Assembly: GCA_965222605.1 (NCBI GenBank)
Contig: OZ244960.1
Coordinates: forward strand, 4,096,001-4,160,000
Length of the DNA: 64,000 nt
Source of the DNA: Candidatus Latescibacterota bacterium
Lineage (GTDB): Bacteria; Latescibacterota; UBA2968
Reading direction: 5' to 3'
A program made the translations under genes and the position numbers. The notes below the pieces were generated by a model, which saw only the letters and a program-made list of their open reading frames with translations, had not been told where the DNA came from and made no database searches. Shown here one piece after another: positions 50,708 through 60,005 of this stretch. The stretch's first letter is position 1; each line of letters starts with the position of its first letter.

Positions 50708-51763
50708 ATGGCGGAGCGATATAGAGCGGCGTTAATCGGATGCGGCAGGATGGGGGCGACGATTGACGATGAGGTGCGGGATCGTCCCGACAGTCATCTG
50801 TGGATCCCGTATTCACATGCAGCAGCGGCTGTGGCGTGTGAGCGGACGGAGCTCGTAGCGGTTTCGGATGTGATAGCAGAGAAGGCAGAGGCGATTCGCC
50901 AGCGGTACGAGGTTCCGGTTTGTTATACGGATTATCGGGAGATGATTGAGAAGGAGAAGCCGGATATCGTGTGCATCGCGACCCGTCCAGCGACCCATTC
51001 AGAGATAACGGTTTTTGCGGCCGAACATGGGGTGAAGGGGATTTATTGCGAGAAGCCGTTGTGCTGTTCGATGGCAGAGGCAGACGCGATGGTAGCAGCG
51101 GTTGAGAAGAACAGAGTGAAGTTCAATTACGGTACGCAGCGGCGATATATTCCGGTTTATTGGAAGATGCGGGAACTGGCGGATGCCGGGGAATTGGGTA
51201 CGGTGCAGGCTGTAATTGTGCAGGATGGGGTGACAGCGGCGTTGTGGGGGTTAACCCATGGGGCGGATATGATGTTATTATTAGCCGGAGATGCCGAGAT
51301 TGAGTACGTGCAGGGAACCATTGTGTGTGAGGATGAGGATTGGGAGGGCAACCGCCTGAATGTGGATCCGAGCATAGCCAGCGGGTATGTTCGGTTTGCC
51401 AATGGGGTTCATGGATATACAACGGCGGGCAGTGGCTCGGAGTTTGAGATTTGTGGCTCGGAGGGAAAGTTGAGAACGTTTAATAATGCGATGACTTATC
51501 AGTTTCGCAAGGCAAGCGGCGTGCAGTATGTGCTGGAGGAGCAGGCATTTCCAGAAGTTCCGTGCGAGAGCGGTACGGTGAATGGGATTCGGGATATTGC
51601 GGAGGCGCTGGATACAGGGCGTGAGACAAAGGGACCGGTTCATCTGGCGCGACGGAGCCAGGAGATGGTGATGGGGTTTATTGAGTCGCATCGGTTGGGC
51701 GGTGTGCGGGTAAGTTTGCCGATGGAGAACCGAGAACTGTACGTGGGTCGGGAGAGCTGGTGA
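50708..51763 (+). CDS. Gfo/Idh/MocA family oxidoreductase
   Basis: IGCGRMG, YCEKPL, THGAD; same subfamily as 27532-28623. Confidence 0.92.
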   Translation: MAERYRAALIGCGRMGATIDDEVRDRPDSHLWIPYSHAAAAVACERTELVAVSDVIAEKAEAIRQRYEVPVCYTDYREMIEKEKPDIVCIATRPATHSEITVFAAEHGVKGIYCEKPLCCSMAEADAMVAAVEKNRVKFNYGTQRRYIPVYWKMRELADAGELGTVQAVIVQDGVTAALWGLTHGADMMLLLAGDAEIEYVQGTIVCEDEDWEGNRLNVDPSIASGYVRFANGVHGYTTAGSGSEFEICGSEGKLRTFNNAMTYQFRKASGVQYVLEEQAFPEVPCESGTVNGIRDIAEALDTGRETKGPVHLARRSQEMVMGFIESHRLGGVRVSLPMENRELYVGRESW

Positions 51764-51778
51764 GCGCGTCATTTATTT

Positions 51779-51817
51779 AAGGAGGATGGCGATGAAGATC
51801 ACGGAGATTGAGGTGAT
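51779..51817 (+). repeat. 39-bp exact direct repeat, copy 2
   Basis: Identical to 50610-50648; forms the real start of the downstream gene. Confidence 0.9.
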
Positions 51818-53051
51818 TCCGCTTCGGGTCCCGTATGAGGCGCGTATCCGGAAGGCGTATTATCATTTTGCGATGAAGGAAGAGGTGACGGTGTATAAGT
51901 TTCATACGGATACAGGGCTGGTGGGGTTGGCAGAGAATGTGGGGTCGCCGTTTGGTCAGGAGATGCTGGAGACCTATATCGGGACGGATCCATTTGACCA
52001 TGTGATGGGGCAGGGGCGGTTTAATCTGGATATGGCGTGTTATGATTTGATGGGCAAGCACCTGGGGTTGCCAGCGTGGAAGCTGATGGGGCAGCAGGTG
52101 CGTCAGTGGGTGTCTATGGGGTGGTGGATGCCGTGTATGTCGGTGGAGGATACAGCGGTAGAGGTGCAGGTGGCGGCAGAGCGGGGATACCGGGGGTTGA
52201 AGTGCAAGGCACGGGCGTTTTACGATGTGGTGGCATGCGCGCAGGCGATCCAGGATGTAGCGCCAGTAGATTTCCGGGTGGAGTTTGATTTTAACGGGGC
52301 GCTGATTTGTGTGGAGAAAGCGTTGCCAGTGCTGCGGGAGCTGGAGAAGATTCCAGTGGTGAAGGGGGTGGAGGAGCCAATTTTTGCGTATGATATTGAA
52401 GGGTGGCGCAGGCTGCATGAGGCGATTCGGATACCGCTCTATCTGCACGGGGTGCGGGTGCTGTGTGAGGCGGCGTCGCGACAGCCGTCAGGACCGTGGA
52501 TAGGACTTCGAGCGGGCGATTTTGATGGGGCGCTTTGCAGCCACGAGTGTGTGCGGGATGCACTGGCGGCGGCATGGACTTTTGCAGCGGCGAATACGCC
52601 GATTTTGTTGCAGTATGTGGGAACGGGGATTACGACGGCGTTTGCGCTTCAGTTGGGCGCGGTGATGCCGACAGCGACGCTGCCGGGGGTGACGGCAAGC
52701 CATTCTTATGAGGACGATTTGATTGTGGATGCACATCCGGTGCAGCGCGGATTTATGAAGGTTCCAGAAGAATCTGGTCTGGGCGTGGTGCTGGATGAGG
52801 ATGCAGTGTCGAAGTATCGGGATACACCTGCTGAGGAATGGCTCCGGCATGTTTCGGTGGTGACGCTGCCGGGCGATGTCAAACATTATTATCGCAATTT
52901 GCAGCAGGCAGAGCGGCTGATGAAACAGGGAGTGGATGAGTCGTTTGCGCCGGGTGTGCGTCTGGATGAGTGGGAGGACGATGGGAGCGAGGCATTTGAC
53001 AGGTTGTGGACCCAACTGCAAGCGCAGGATGCACCGATTTGGGATGGGTGA
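51786..53051 (+). CDS. Mandelate racemase/muconate lactonizing enzyme (enolase superfamily) protein
   Basis: MKITEIE, TDTGLVG, DLMGKHLGLP, KCK, DFN, EEP, GLGVVLDE. Confidence 0.9.
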   Translation: MAMKITEIEVIPLRVPYEARIRKAYYHFAMKEEVTVYKFHTDTGLVGLAENVGSPFGQEMLETYIGTDPFDHVMGQGRFNLDMACYDLMGKHLGLPAWKLMGQQVRQWVSMGWWMPCMSVEDTAVEVQVAAERGYRGLKCKARAFYDVVACAQAIQDVAPVDFRVEFDFNGALICVEKALPVLRELEKIPVVKGVEEPIFAYDIEGWRRLHEAIRIPLYLHGVRVLCEAASRQPSGPWIGLRAGDFDGALCSHECVRDALAAAWTFAAANTPILLQYVGTGITTAFALQLGAVMPTATLPGVTASHSYEDDLIVDAHPVQRGFMKVPEESGLGVVLDEDAVSKYRDTPAEEWLRHVSVVTLPGDVKHYYRNLQQAERLMKQGVDESFAPGVRLDEWEDDGSEAFDRLWTQLQAQDAPIWDG

Positions 53052-53053
53052 AG

Positions 53054-54601
53054 ATGAGATGGTTTCTAATAGTATTGTTGCTATGGCCCCTGTGTGGGCA
53101 GGCTGAGGAGAGCAAGGTGATGCAGATTGCGACGACGATTGATTTTGGCAAAGATGTGGGGCAGAACTGGGGTACGTTATTTGAGGTGCGAGATTCAGAG
53201 GGTCGCGTGGTTTTGGGTGCGGGATTTACAGGTGTTTATAATACGGCGTTTCGCATGGATCGATATACGTTGCAGTTTTTTGTGCGGGATGATGAAGCGG
53301 AGATGAATTTTGAGACGTTGCCGCCTTCGACGGAGGATGGGGGGAGTTATTTGTTCGATCTGGATGGCCGGGTGTACGCGTGTAGCTATCACCAGGACCG
53401 GACTGCGAGAGCGTGGGACGATGTAGCAGGTGCCTGGCAGGTGGATGAGCGTTTTGGCGTGGGTGAGATGGTGAGCGGGGAGGGCAAGATGCGGGTTGCC
53501 GGGAAGGTGCTTCAGTTTAAGGGGGGTGAGGCGTGGTATGATGGCGAGCGGGTTCTCGCAAAACCGGTGTCCGGATATTACCATCATTTTTATTACGCGC
53601 TGGGCTATTTGACGTTTTTCTATAAGAACGAAGAGGTGGAACAGCCATATACGAAATTGTACGCGGTGTCCTGGGTGCCGGGAGATGGGGCGGTTGATCT
53701 GGAGAAAGCAGTGGTGCTCGATCTGAAGTACGATCGGGAGACGCCGTTTGCCATTGGGCAACTTGGGAATGAGATTGTAAATTCGTCCAATATGGGCGGG
53801 ATATATGCGTTTGACGGGGTGAGGTGGAAGGTGTTGCGCGCATCATTAGAGGGGGTGAGTTTTCAGCTTTATTCGATGTTGAATTGGTATGATAAGTTGT
53901 TGATGTCGCAGTATCCAACGGGCAATTTGTTTATTTACGATGGGGAGGAGGTTCGCCATCTAAAGGATTGGCCGCCCGTGATGCCGGGTGTGTCGGATAG
54001 GGTGCGAGAGGCGCAAACAACGGGGTTTTACGGTGGGGATCTCTATGTGGGCGTTTGGCCGTGGTCCGAGTTGTGGCGGTACGATGCGCACAGGGATCAC
54101 TGGCAGTTTGTGAAGCGGATGTTCCGGCGTCCGCCAATTACAGATGAGATGAATCACCCGTGGGAAGATCGGGTTGTGGCGTATAATGAAAAATACGATG
54201 GCGATATGGTGATCAATGAGTGGGGGCAGCGCGTGACGGGACTATCTCCGATGGGAGATGCGCTGTATCTTTCCGTGAGTGCTAAAGGGTGTCCCGAGCG
54301 AGATATGCGGCTTGCGTTTTTGCACGATGACGAGGTGTGGGATGAATACCGCGTGGTGCATAGGTTAAAAAAGCCCGGGCATATTTCTGTGCCGGTTGTG
54401 TGGCGCGAAGAGCCAACGATGCTGTTGTTCACGGTTGGCGAGACGGAGATTAGTATCAGGCAGGATGGGAGGCTTTTGGGTTCGGCGCCAGTTCGCCGAG
54501 AACAGGTGGAGCGAGTGGTGAAGGATGCCGAGATTCAGTGGGAATACGGGATGTATGGACCGCTGCGTGTGGGGTTGCAGTCAAAGGAAGTGGAACGGTA
54601 G
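53054..54601 (+). CDS. Secreted hypothetical protein, possibly beta-propeller
   Basis: Signal peptide MRWFLIVLLLWPLCGQA; repeated YAFDG/FIYDG/LWRYD strands. Confidence 0.7.
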   Translation: MRWFLIVLLLWPLCGQAEESKVMQIATTIDFGKDVGQNWGTLFEVRDSEGRVVLGAGFTGVYNTAFRMDRYTLQFFVRDDEAEMNFETLPPSTEDGGSYLFDLDGRVYACSYHQDRTARAWDDVAGAWQVDERFGVGEMVSGEGKMRVAGKVLQFKGGEAWYDGERVLAKPVSGYYHHFYYALGYLTFFYKNEEVEQPYTKLYAVSWVPGDGAVDLEKAVVLDLKYDRETPFAIGQLGNEIVNSSNMGGIYAFDGVRWKVLRASLEGVSFQLYSMLNWYDKLLMSQYPTGNLFIYDGEEVRHLKDWPPVMPGVSDRVREAQTTGFYGGDLYVGVWPWSELWRYDAHRDHWQFVKRMFRRPPITDEMNHPWEDRVVAYNEKYDGDMVINEWGQRVTGLSPMGDALYLSVSAKGCPERDMRLAFLHDDEVWDEYRVVHRLKKPGHISVPVVWREEPTMLLFTVGETEISIRQDGRLLGSAPVRREQVERVVKDAEIQWEYGMYGPLRVGLQSKEVER

Positions 54602-54666
54602 TTCGTGCGAGGATGGTCAGTCCATGCGGGCTGTTTTGCTCACACAATTTTATCCTGGAGGGACGC

Positions 54667-55716
54667 ATGGCTGTTACACGTGAGGATTTACAGGCTGCTA
54701 TTGATCGGTTTCCGCGTACGGAATTGGCGGATTTGCCGACGCGGTTGAACGATTGTCCGCGATTTTCAGAGGCGCTGGGTGGGAAGGTGCGGGTGATGGT
54801 GAAGCGGGATGATTTAACGGGGTTGGCGTTTGGGGGAAACAAGACGCGAAAGTTTGATCTGGCACTGGGAGATGCGGTGGCTCAAGGGGCTACTGCGATA
54901 ATAACGGGCGCGGCGTCGCAGTCGAACCACGCGCGGCAGGCGGCGGCAGCGGCTGCCAGGCTGGGGATGAAGTGCGTGCTGGTGAACCGACACGATCACC
55001 GGAGCCAAATGGGTATTCAGGGCAATCAGTTGCTGGACAATATTCTGGGCGCAGATGTACGGCTGGTGGTGGATGGCGTGAATCAGAACGAGGTGAAAGA
55101 GCGGGTCGTGGAGGAACTGACGGCGCAGGGAGAGAAGCCCTATCTGATCGGGCGGCGTGCGGTGGTGTTGGGTACGGTGGCTTATGTGGGCTGTGTGCTG
55201 GAGATTGTGGCGCAGCTTGAAGCGATGAACGCACAGGCGAATTTTATCTGTACCGCGTCTGGGCACGGGACACATGCGGGGCTGGCATTGGGCGTGAAAG
55301 CGCTGGGGTTGCCGATTCAGACGCAGGGGTTTTCGCCGAGCAAGGGGGATGAGGCACAGCGGAAGGCGAGGCTGGCGGAGGTGGCTAACGAGGCGGCAGA
55401 GCTTTTGGAACTGGATGTTCGATTGCGGGCAGAGGAGTTGGAAAATACGGATGCGTACGTGGGTGAGAATTATGGCATTGTGACGGAGGCGGGGCTGGAT
55501 GCATTGCATTTGCTGGCGCGGACAGAGGGAATTTTACTCGATCCGGTATATACGAGCAAGGCGATGTCGGGGGTGATTGACCGCATTCGGACAGGAGAAA
55601 TTCCAGAGGGATCTACGGTAGTGTACGTGCATACAGGTGGGAATCCAGCACTGTTCGCGTATGCGCCAGAGTTGATTTCACACGGAGATTATCGGCAAAA
55701 GCTCGTGACGAGTTGA
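54667..55716 (+). CDS. D-cysteine desulfhydrase / ACC deaminase family PLP enzyme
   Basis: KRDDLTGLAFGGNKTRK, QSNHAR, EGILLDPVYTSK, HTGG. Confidence 0.92.
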   Translation: MAVTREDLQAAIDRFPRTELADLPTRLNDCPRFSEALGGKVRVMVKRDDLTGLAFGGNKTRKFDLALGDAVAQGATAIITGAASQSNHARQAAAAAARLGMKCVLVNRHDHRSQMGIQGNQLLDNILGADVRLVVDGVNQNEVKERVVEELTAQGEKPYLIGRRAVVLGTVAYVGCVLEIVAQLEAMNAQANFICTASGHGTHAGLALGVKALGLPIQTQGFSPSKGDEAQRKARLAEVANEAAELLELDVRLRAEELENTDAYVGENYGIVTEAGLDALHLLARTEGILLDPVYTSKAMSGVIDRIRTGEIPEGSTVVYVHTGGNPALFAYAPELISHGDYRQKLVTS

Positions 55717-55741
55717 CGCAGGCATCACCCTTATTTAATCC

Positions 55742-57304
55742 CTATGCCATCTCGCCTTTCAACCGCAGGCCGCGTGATACAAACACGCGCTCAAACAATT
55801 CAAACAGTCCCTGTACAATGAGCGCCAGCAATGCCGCAGGTACAGCCCCTTGCAAAATCAAACCGATATCATCTAACCGAATCCCTGTTAAAATAGGCTG
55901 CCCATATCCCCCAGCGCCAATTAACGCCCCCAAAGTCGCCGTGCCCACATTGATCACAGCCGACGTTTTAATACCCGCCAGAATCGACCGCGAGGCCATC
56001 GGTAATGTTACCAATCGAAGTTGTGCCCCATCGGACAAACCCAATGCTGCAGCTGACTCTCGTATCCCCACTGAAATATCGTGCAATCCCGCGTATGTAT
56101 TTCGCACAATGGGCAGTAAGCTGTAGAAAAACAGCGCCACAATCGCAGGCGCCCCGCCAATCCCCAACAACGGAATCATAAACACCAACAGCGCCAGGGA
56201 TGGAATGGTCTGAATAATGCCCACCAATCCCAAAATAACTTGTCCACCTCTTACCCACCGGAATGCCACAATCCCCAGGGGAATCGCCACCACAATCGCC
56301 CCCAAAAGAGAAATCCCTACCAGTGTCAAATGATCCCACGTATGCCGCCAGAATCGAGTGCCAGCAGTCTCTTTTTTTATTTTGACCTGTACATTGAGAT
56401 TCTCAGCCAAAAAATCAGCCGCAACCTGAGCTTCTGGCTTTTTCTCCAACTTGACCTGTGCATTCATGACCATCATTTTTTTTTCTGAAATCAGCCCCTC
56501 TAATTTTAAAATTTCCCTCACCACTTGAGGCGCTCGATCTATCAAATCTACCCGATAGATAATGACGGCATTATAAATGGGGAAATGCTGCAAGTCATCG
56601 ACCAGCGACCGCAACCCGTAATACTGAATATCGGCATCTGTCGAATACATATCCATCACGTCAATTGTGCCACTCTCCAACCCGCGATAGGCCAAATCGT
56701 GATCCAATCCACTCACATTCTGATGCGGGAGCACATACCGGTTTCGCAAACTCGGCCACCCATCTCCTCTATCCATAAACTCATTGCCGAATCCCAACTT
56801 CAAATCTGGATGCTTCTTTAAATCCGAAATCGTCCGAATCCCCAGCGCTTCAGCCCTTGTTTCCACCATGCCCAGTACGTATGTATTGTTAAATCCCAAA
56901 GGCCGACTCATCACAAGGTCCATCTCTGCCAGCCGAGCGCGAATATCCGCTTCATCACTCAAATTTTCTCCCGCCAAAATTTCCCGACTCAGGGTACCTG
57001 TGTAATCCGGATAAAGATCAACCTCGCCCTTAATCAATGCATTCCACAACACCCGCGTCCCTCCCAACTCACGCCGATGCATAACCGATGCGTTTACACT
57101 GCGCCCGATATGAGACAGCACCTCACCCAAAACGACTGACTCAGTAAACTTCTTTGACCCCACAACAATCTCTTGTGCCTGGGCTGATGCGCAGAACAAA
57201 CAGCAAAATAGAATATGAGTGAAGCCCCTCGTCCACAGGGCGGTGAACTTCACTGACGTTGTGGTATTGGGCGCCGATAGATTGCGCCCGTGCGTGCGCG
57301 TCAT
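55742..57304 (-). CDS. Osmoprotectant (glycine betaine-type) ABC transporter, fused binding protein/permease
   Basis: VGSKKFTES, YPDYTGT, GFNNTY, QTIPSLALL, IGAGGYG. Confidence 0.92.
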   Translation of the reverse strand: MTRTHGRNLSAPNTTTSVKFTALWTRGFTHILFCCLFCASAQAQEIVVGSKKFTESVVLGEVLSHIGRSVNASVMHRRELGGTRVLWNALIKGEVDLYPDYTGTLSREILAGENLSDEADIRARLAEMDLVMSRPLGFNNTYVLGMVETRAEALGIRTISDLKKHPDLKLGFGNEFMDRGDGWPSLRNRYVLPHQNVSGLDHDLAYRGLESGTIDVMDMYSTDADIQYYGLRSLVDDLQHFPIYNAVIIYRVDLIDRAPQVVREILKLEGLISEKKMMVMNAQVKLEKKPEAQVAADFLAENLNVQVKIKKETAGTRFWRHTWDHLTLVGISLLGAIVVAIPLGIVAFRWVRGGQVILGLVGIIQTIPSLALLVFMIPLLGIGGAPAIVALFFYSLLPIVRNTYAGLHDISVGIRESAAALGLSDGAQLRLVTLPMASRSILAGIKTSAVINVGTATLGALIGAGGYGQPILTGIRLDDIGLILQGAVPAALLALIVQGLFELFERVFVSRGLRLKGEMA

Positions 57305-58059
57305 TTCGCTATGTCTCCCCGCGCCATACTTTCCAACGGACTTCTCTGCGCATGAATAAATTGCGTCACAAATTCATGTGCCGGGTTCTGTATCAAATTT
57401 TCCAAGCTTCCAATCTGAACGATCTCCCCTTCCCGCATCAACACAATCTGATCCCCGAAAAATCCCGCCTCGCCCATATCGTGTGTCACCGTCACTACTG
57501 TCTTACCCAACGTCTGAAAAATCGAACGCAAATCCGATTGCAAATCCGCCCGAATCATCGGATCCAGGGCACCGAGCGGTTCGTCTAACAGCAATACGTC
57601 GGGATCCAACATCAATGCCCGCATCAACCCCACGCGCTGCTGCTGACCACCTGACAATTCCCCTGGAAATCGCTCCAATCCATCTGCTGGAAAATGTGTT
57701 AAAGTTGCCAATGTCTCGATCCGAGAATCGATTCGATCCTCCGCCCAACCCAGATAATTTGCCATCAACGCTACATTTTTTCGCGCCGTTAAATGCGGAA
57801 ACAAGCCCCCCACTTGAATCACATAACCCATCTTCTGCCGCAGCGACAACACATTTGCTGGCGTCAGAACTTGTCCTTCATAAGTCACCGTGCCCTCATC
57901 GGGCCAGACCAGCCCCACCATCAACCGAATCAAGGTTGACTTGCCACACCCACTCGGCCCAATCAACACCGTCGTCTGCTCAGGATGCACTCTCAGGTCA
58001 ACCTCGCACAGCGCATGCAAATCGCCAAACGCTTTCGAAACACCTGTCATCTCAAACAT
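57301..58059 (-). CDS. Osmoprotectant ABC transporter ATP-binding protein
   Basis: GPSGCGKS, GYVIQ.GGLFPH, LSGGQQQR, LLDEP. Confidence 0.92.
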   Translation of the reverse strand: MFEMTGVSKAFGDLHALCEVDLRVHPEQTTVLIGPSGCGKSTLIRLMVGLVWPDEGTVTYEGQVLTPANVLSLRQKMGYVIQVGGLFPHLTARKNVALMANYLGWAEDRIDSRIETLATLTHFPADGLERFPGELSGGQQQRVGLMRALMLDPDVLLLDEPLGALDPMIRADLQSDLRSIFQTLGKTVVTVTHDMGEAGFFGDQIVLMREGEIVQIGSLENLIQNPAHEFVTQFIHAQRSPLESMARGDIAK

Positions 58060-58117
58060 AATGTCTTCATATCCGTGCTGATCCCAAGTTTTGATGTTTG
58101 CATTCTAGCTATTCTCC

Positions 58118-59149
58118 TCACAGACCCACTGTACTCGATGCGAGCCACAAATTGGGATTTGTTTCCAAAATCAAATCTGCCACTTTTTGCACCGCTTTTT
58201 TTATCCCCCATGTGGGGCGCGGCTGACCAATTGACGCGAGTTTGATCAATAGCTGGTTGTTCTTGCGAAATAAGAGGGATATGCCGAAATACTGGACGAG
58301 TTTTCCTTCGCGCACCATAATTGAGATGAGGCCGTGATTGTCGGGTAATTGGCGGTAGATGTCTGTCATTTTGATCACGACTTGCATATCCCGATGGGTT
58401 TCGCGCCACACTTGATCTGTGGCACGCGCGATAAGCTTCAGAATTTCCTCGCGTTGACATTCGCCTTCTAATATGATATTTGGCATATTTCCGACCTTTT
58501 GAATGCGCGTTTCGACTGATAGCTCTGATTCTCGACGCCAGACAAAATAGTGAATGGGCACGCCCGCATCTTTTGCTTTTTGTTCGTATTTGGTTGGGGT
58601 GCGTCCGGGTAGCTGGTGAACAGATGGCGTTTCGTAAATAGATTGCAAGTGCGATTGTCGCGTCAATATATCGGTGATCCACGTTGCGTAATTTGCGTGA
58701 TCTGTCGCTATGGTTACTGTGCCGCCCGGTTTTAATTGCTCGGCCAGTATTTTTACAAATGCATCCTGGATCAGACGCCGATTGTGGTGTCGCTCTTTGG
58801 GCCATGGATCTGAAAAATTGATCCATACTTCCGATAGGGATTGCGGGACAAATACATGTTGTAATAAATATGCGGCATCGCCCTCTATCGCACGCACATG
58901 ATTTAATTTTAGAGCGTTTAACCGCTTAAATAATCGGCGCATGGATCCCCAGGCGCGCTCGATCCCGATAAAACACGCATCGGAACGCGCTGCTGCCATA
59001 TCGGATAGAAAATGCCCATTGCCAAATCCGATTTCGAGGACGAGGTCGCCCGTCCGATCAAAAATCTGTGGCCAATTTATCGGCCAATCCAGTTGCAGCC
59101 ATGGAACGGTATATTTTTGAATTTCTTTACTCAGCGGTAAAGACATCAT
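58118..59149 (-). CDS. trmB: tRNA (guanine-N7)-methyltransferase with C-terminal extension
   Basis: LEIGFGNG, NFSDPWPKERHHNRRL, ATD, TKYE. Confidence 0.92.
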   Translation of the reverse strand: MMSLPLSKEIQKYTVPWLQLDWPINWPQIFDRTGDLVLEIGFGNGHFLSDMAAARSDACFIGIERAWGSMRRLFKRLNALKLNHVRAIEGDAAYLLQHVFVPQSLSEVWINFSDPWPKERHHNRRLIQDAFVKILAEQLKPGGTVTIATDHANYATWITDILTRQSHLQSIYETPSVHQLPGRTPTKYEQKAKDAGVPIHYFVWRRESELSVETRIQKVGNMPNIILEGECQREEILKLIARATDQVWRETHRDMQVVIKMTDIYRQLPDNHGLISIMVREGKLVQYFGISLLFRKNNQLLIKLASIGQPRPTWGIKKAVQKVADLILETNPNLWLASSTVGL

Positions 59150-59158
59150 GCGTTTAAC

Positions 59159-59989
59159 TCACCTGCGGATTTCCGTAAACCGCTTGACTTGAGCTGTCAT
59201 AGCCACTTCTGTAGGCAGGCGTTCCATTGAACTGGCGCCGTAGAAGCCATCGACTTCTGGAACTCGTTCGAGGATATAAGAGGCGTCGTCTGGTTCGGCA
59301 ATTGGCCCGCCGTGACAAAGCGTGATTACATCGCCTCGGATTGACTTACAGGCATTGCAAATCGCCTTTACCTCTTCCACACAATCATCGAGCGTTTTTG
59401 CTGTATGCGCGCCAATTGCGCCCTTGGTTGTCAATCCCATATGGGCCACAACGATATCGGCGCCTGCCTCTGTCATGAGCTGGCCTTCTTCGACATTAAA
59501 TGCATAGGGCGTTGTCAGCATGTCCATCTCATGGGCCGCCGCGATCATTTCCACTTCGAGGTGATAGCCCATACCCGTCTCTTCCAGATTGGCGCGAAAT
59601 AATCCGTCAATGAGTCCCACTGTTGGAAAATTTTGAATCCCCGCAAAGCCCAGGTCTCTCAGTTCCTGTAAAAAGTGATCCCGCAACATGAAGGGATCTG
59701 TCCCATTTACTCCGGCGAGTACGGGTGTGTGTGTTACTGCTGTGATGACTTCGTAAGCCATTTCTTTTACTATCTCGTTGGCATTGCCATAAGCCAGTAC
59801 ACCCGAGAGCGATCCTCGCCCCGCCATGCGATAGCGTCCCGAATTGTAAATTACTATTAGATCAATGCCGCCCGCTTCTTCGCATTTCGCCGAGATTCCC
59901 GTGCCAGCACCGCCGCCGATAAGCGGCAGTCCATCTGCGATTTTTTTTCGCAAGCGTTCTAAAATTGATGTTCGGCTCTCTGCTGCCAT
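59159..59989 (-). CDS. Phosphoenolpyruvate hydrolase-like TIM-barrel protein
   Basis: [51 protein letters not shown]. Confidence 0.92.
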   Translation of the reverse strand: MAAESRTSILERLRKKIADGLPLIGGGAGTGISAKCEEAGGIDLIVIYNSGRYRMAGRGSLSGVLAYGNANEIVKEMAYEVITAVTHTPVLAGVNGTDPFMLRDHFLQELRDLGFAGIQNFPTVGLIDGLFRANLEETGMGYHLEVEMIAAAHEMDMLTTPYAFNVEEGQLMTEAGADIVVAHMGLTTKGAIGAHTAKTLDDCVEEVKAICNACKSIRGDVITLCHGGPIAEPDDASYILERVPEVDGFYGASSMERLPTEVAMTAQVKRFTEIRR

Positions 59990-60005
59990 TTTGGTCTCCT
60001 TTCAT

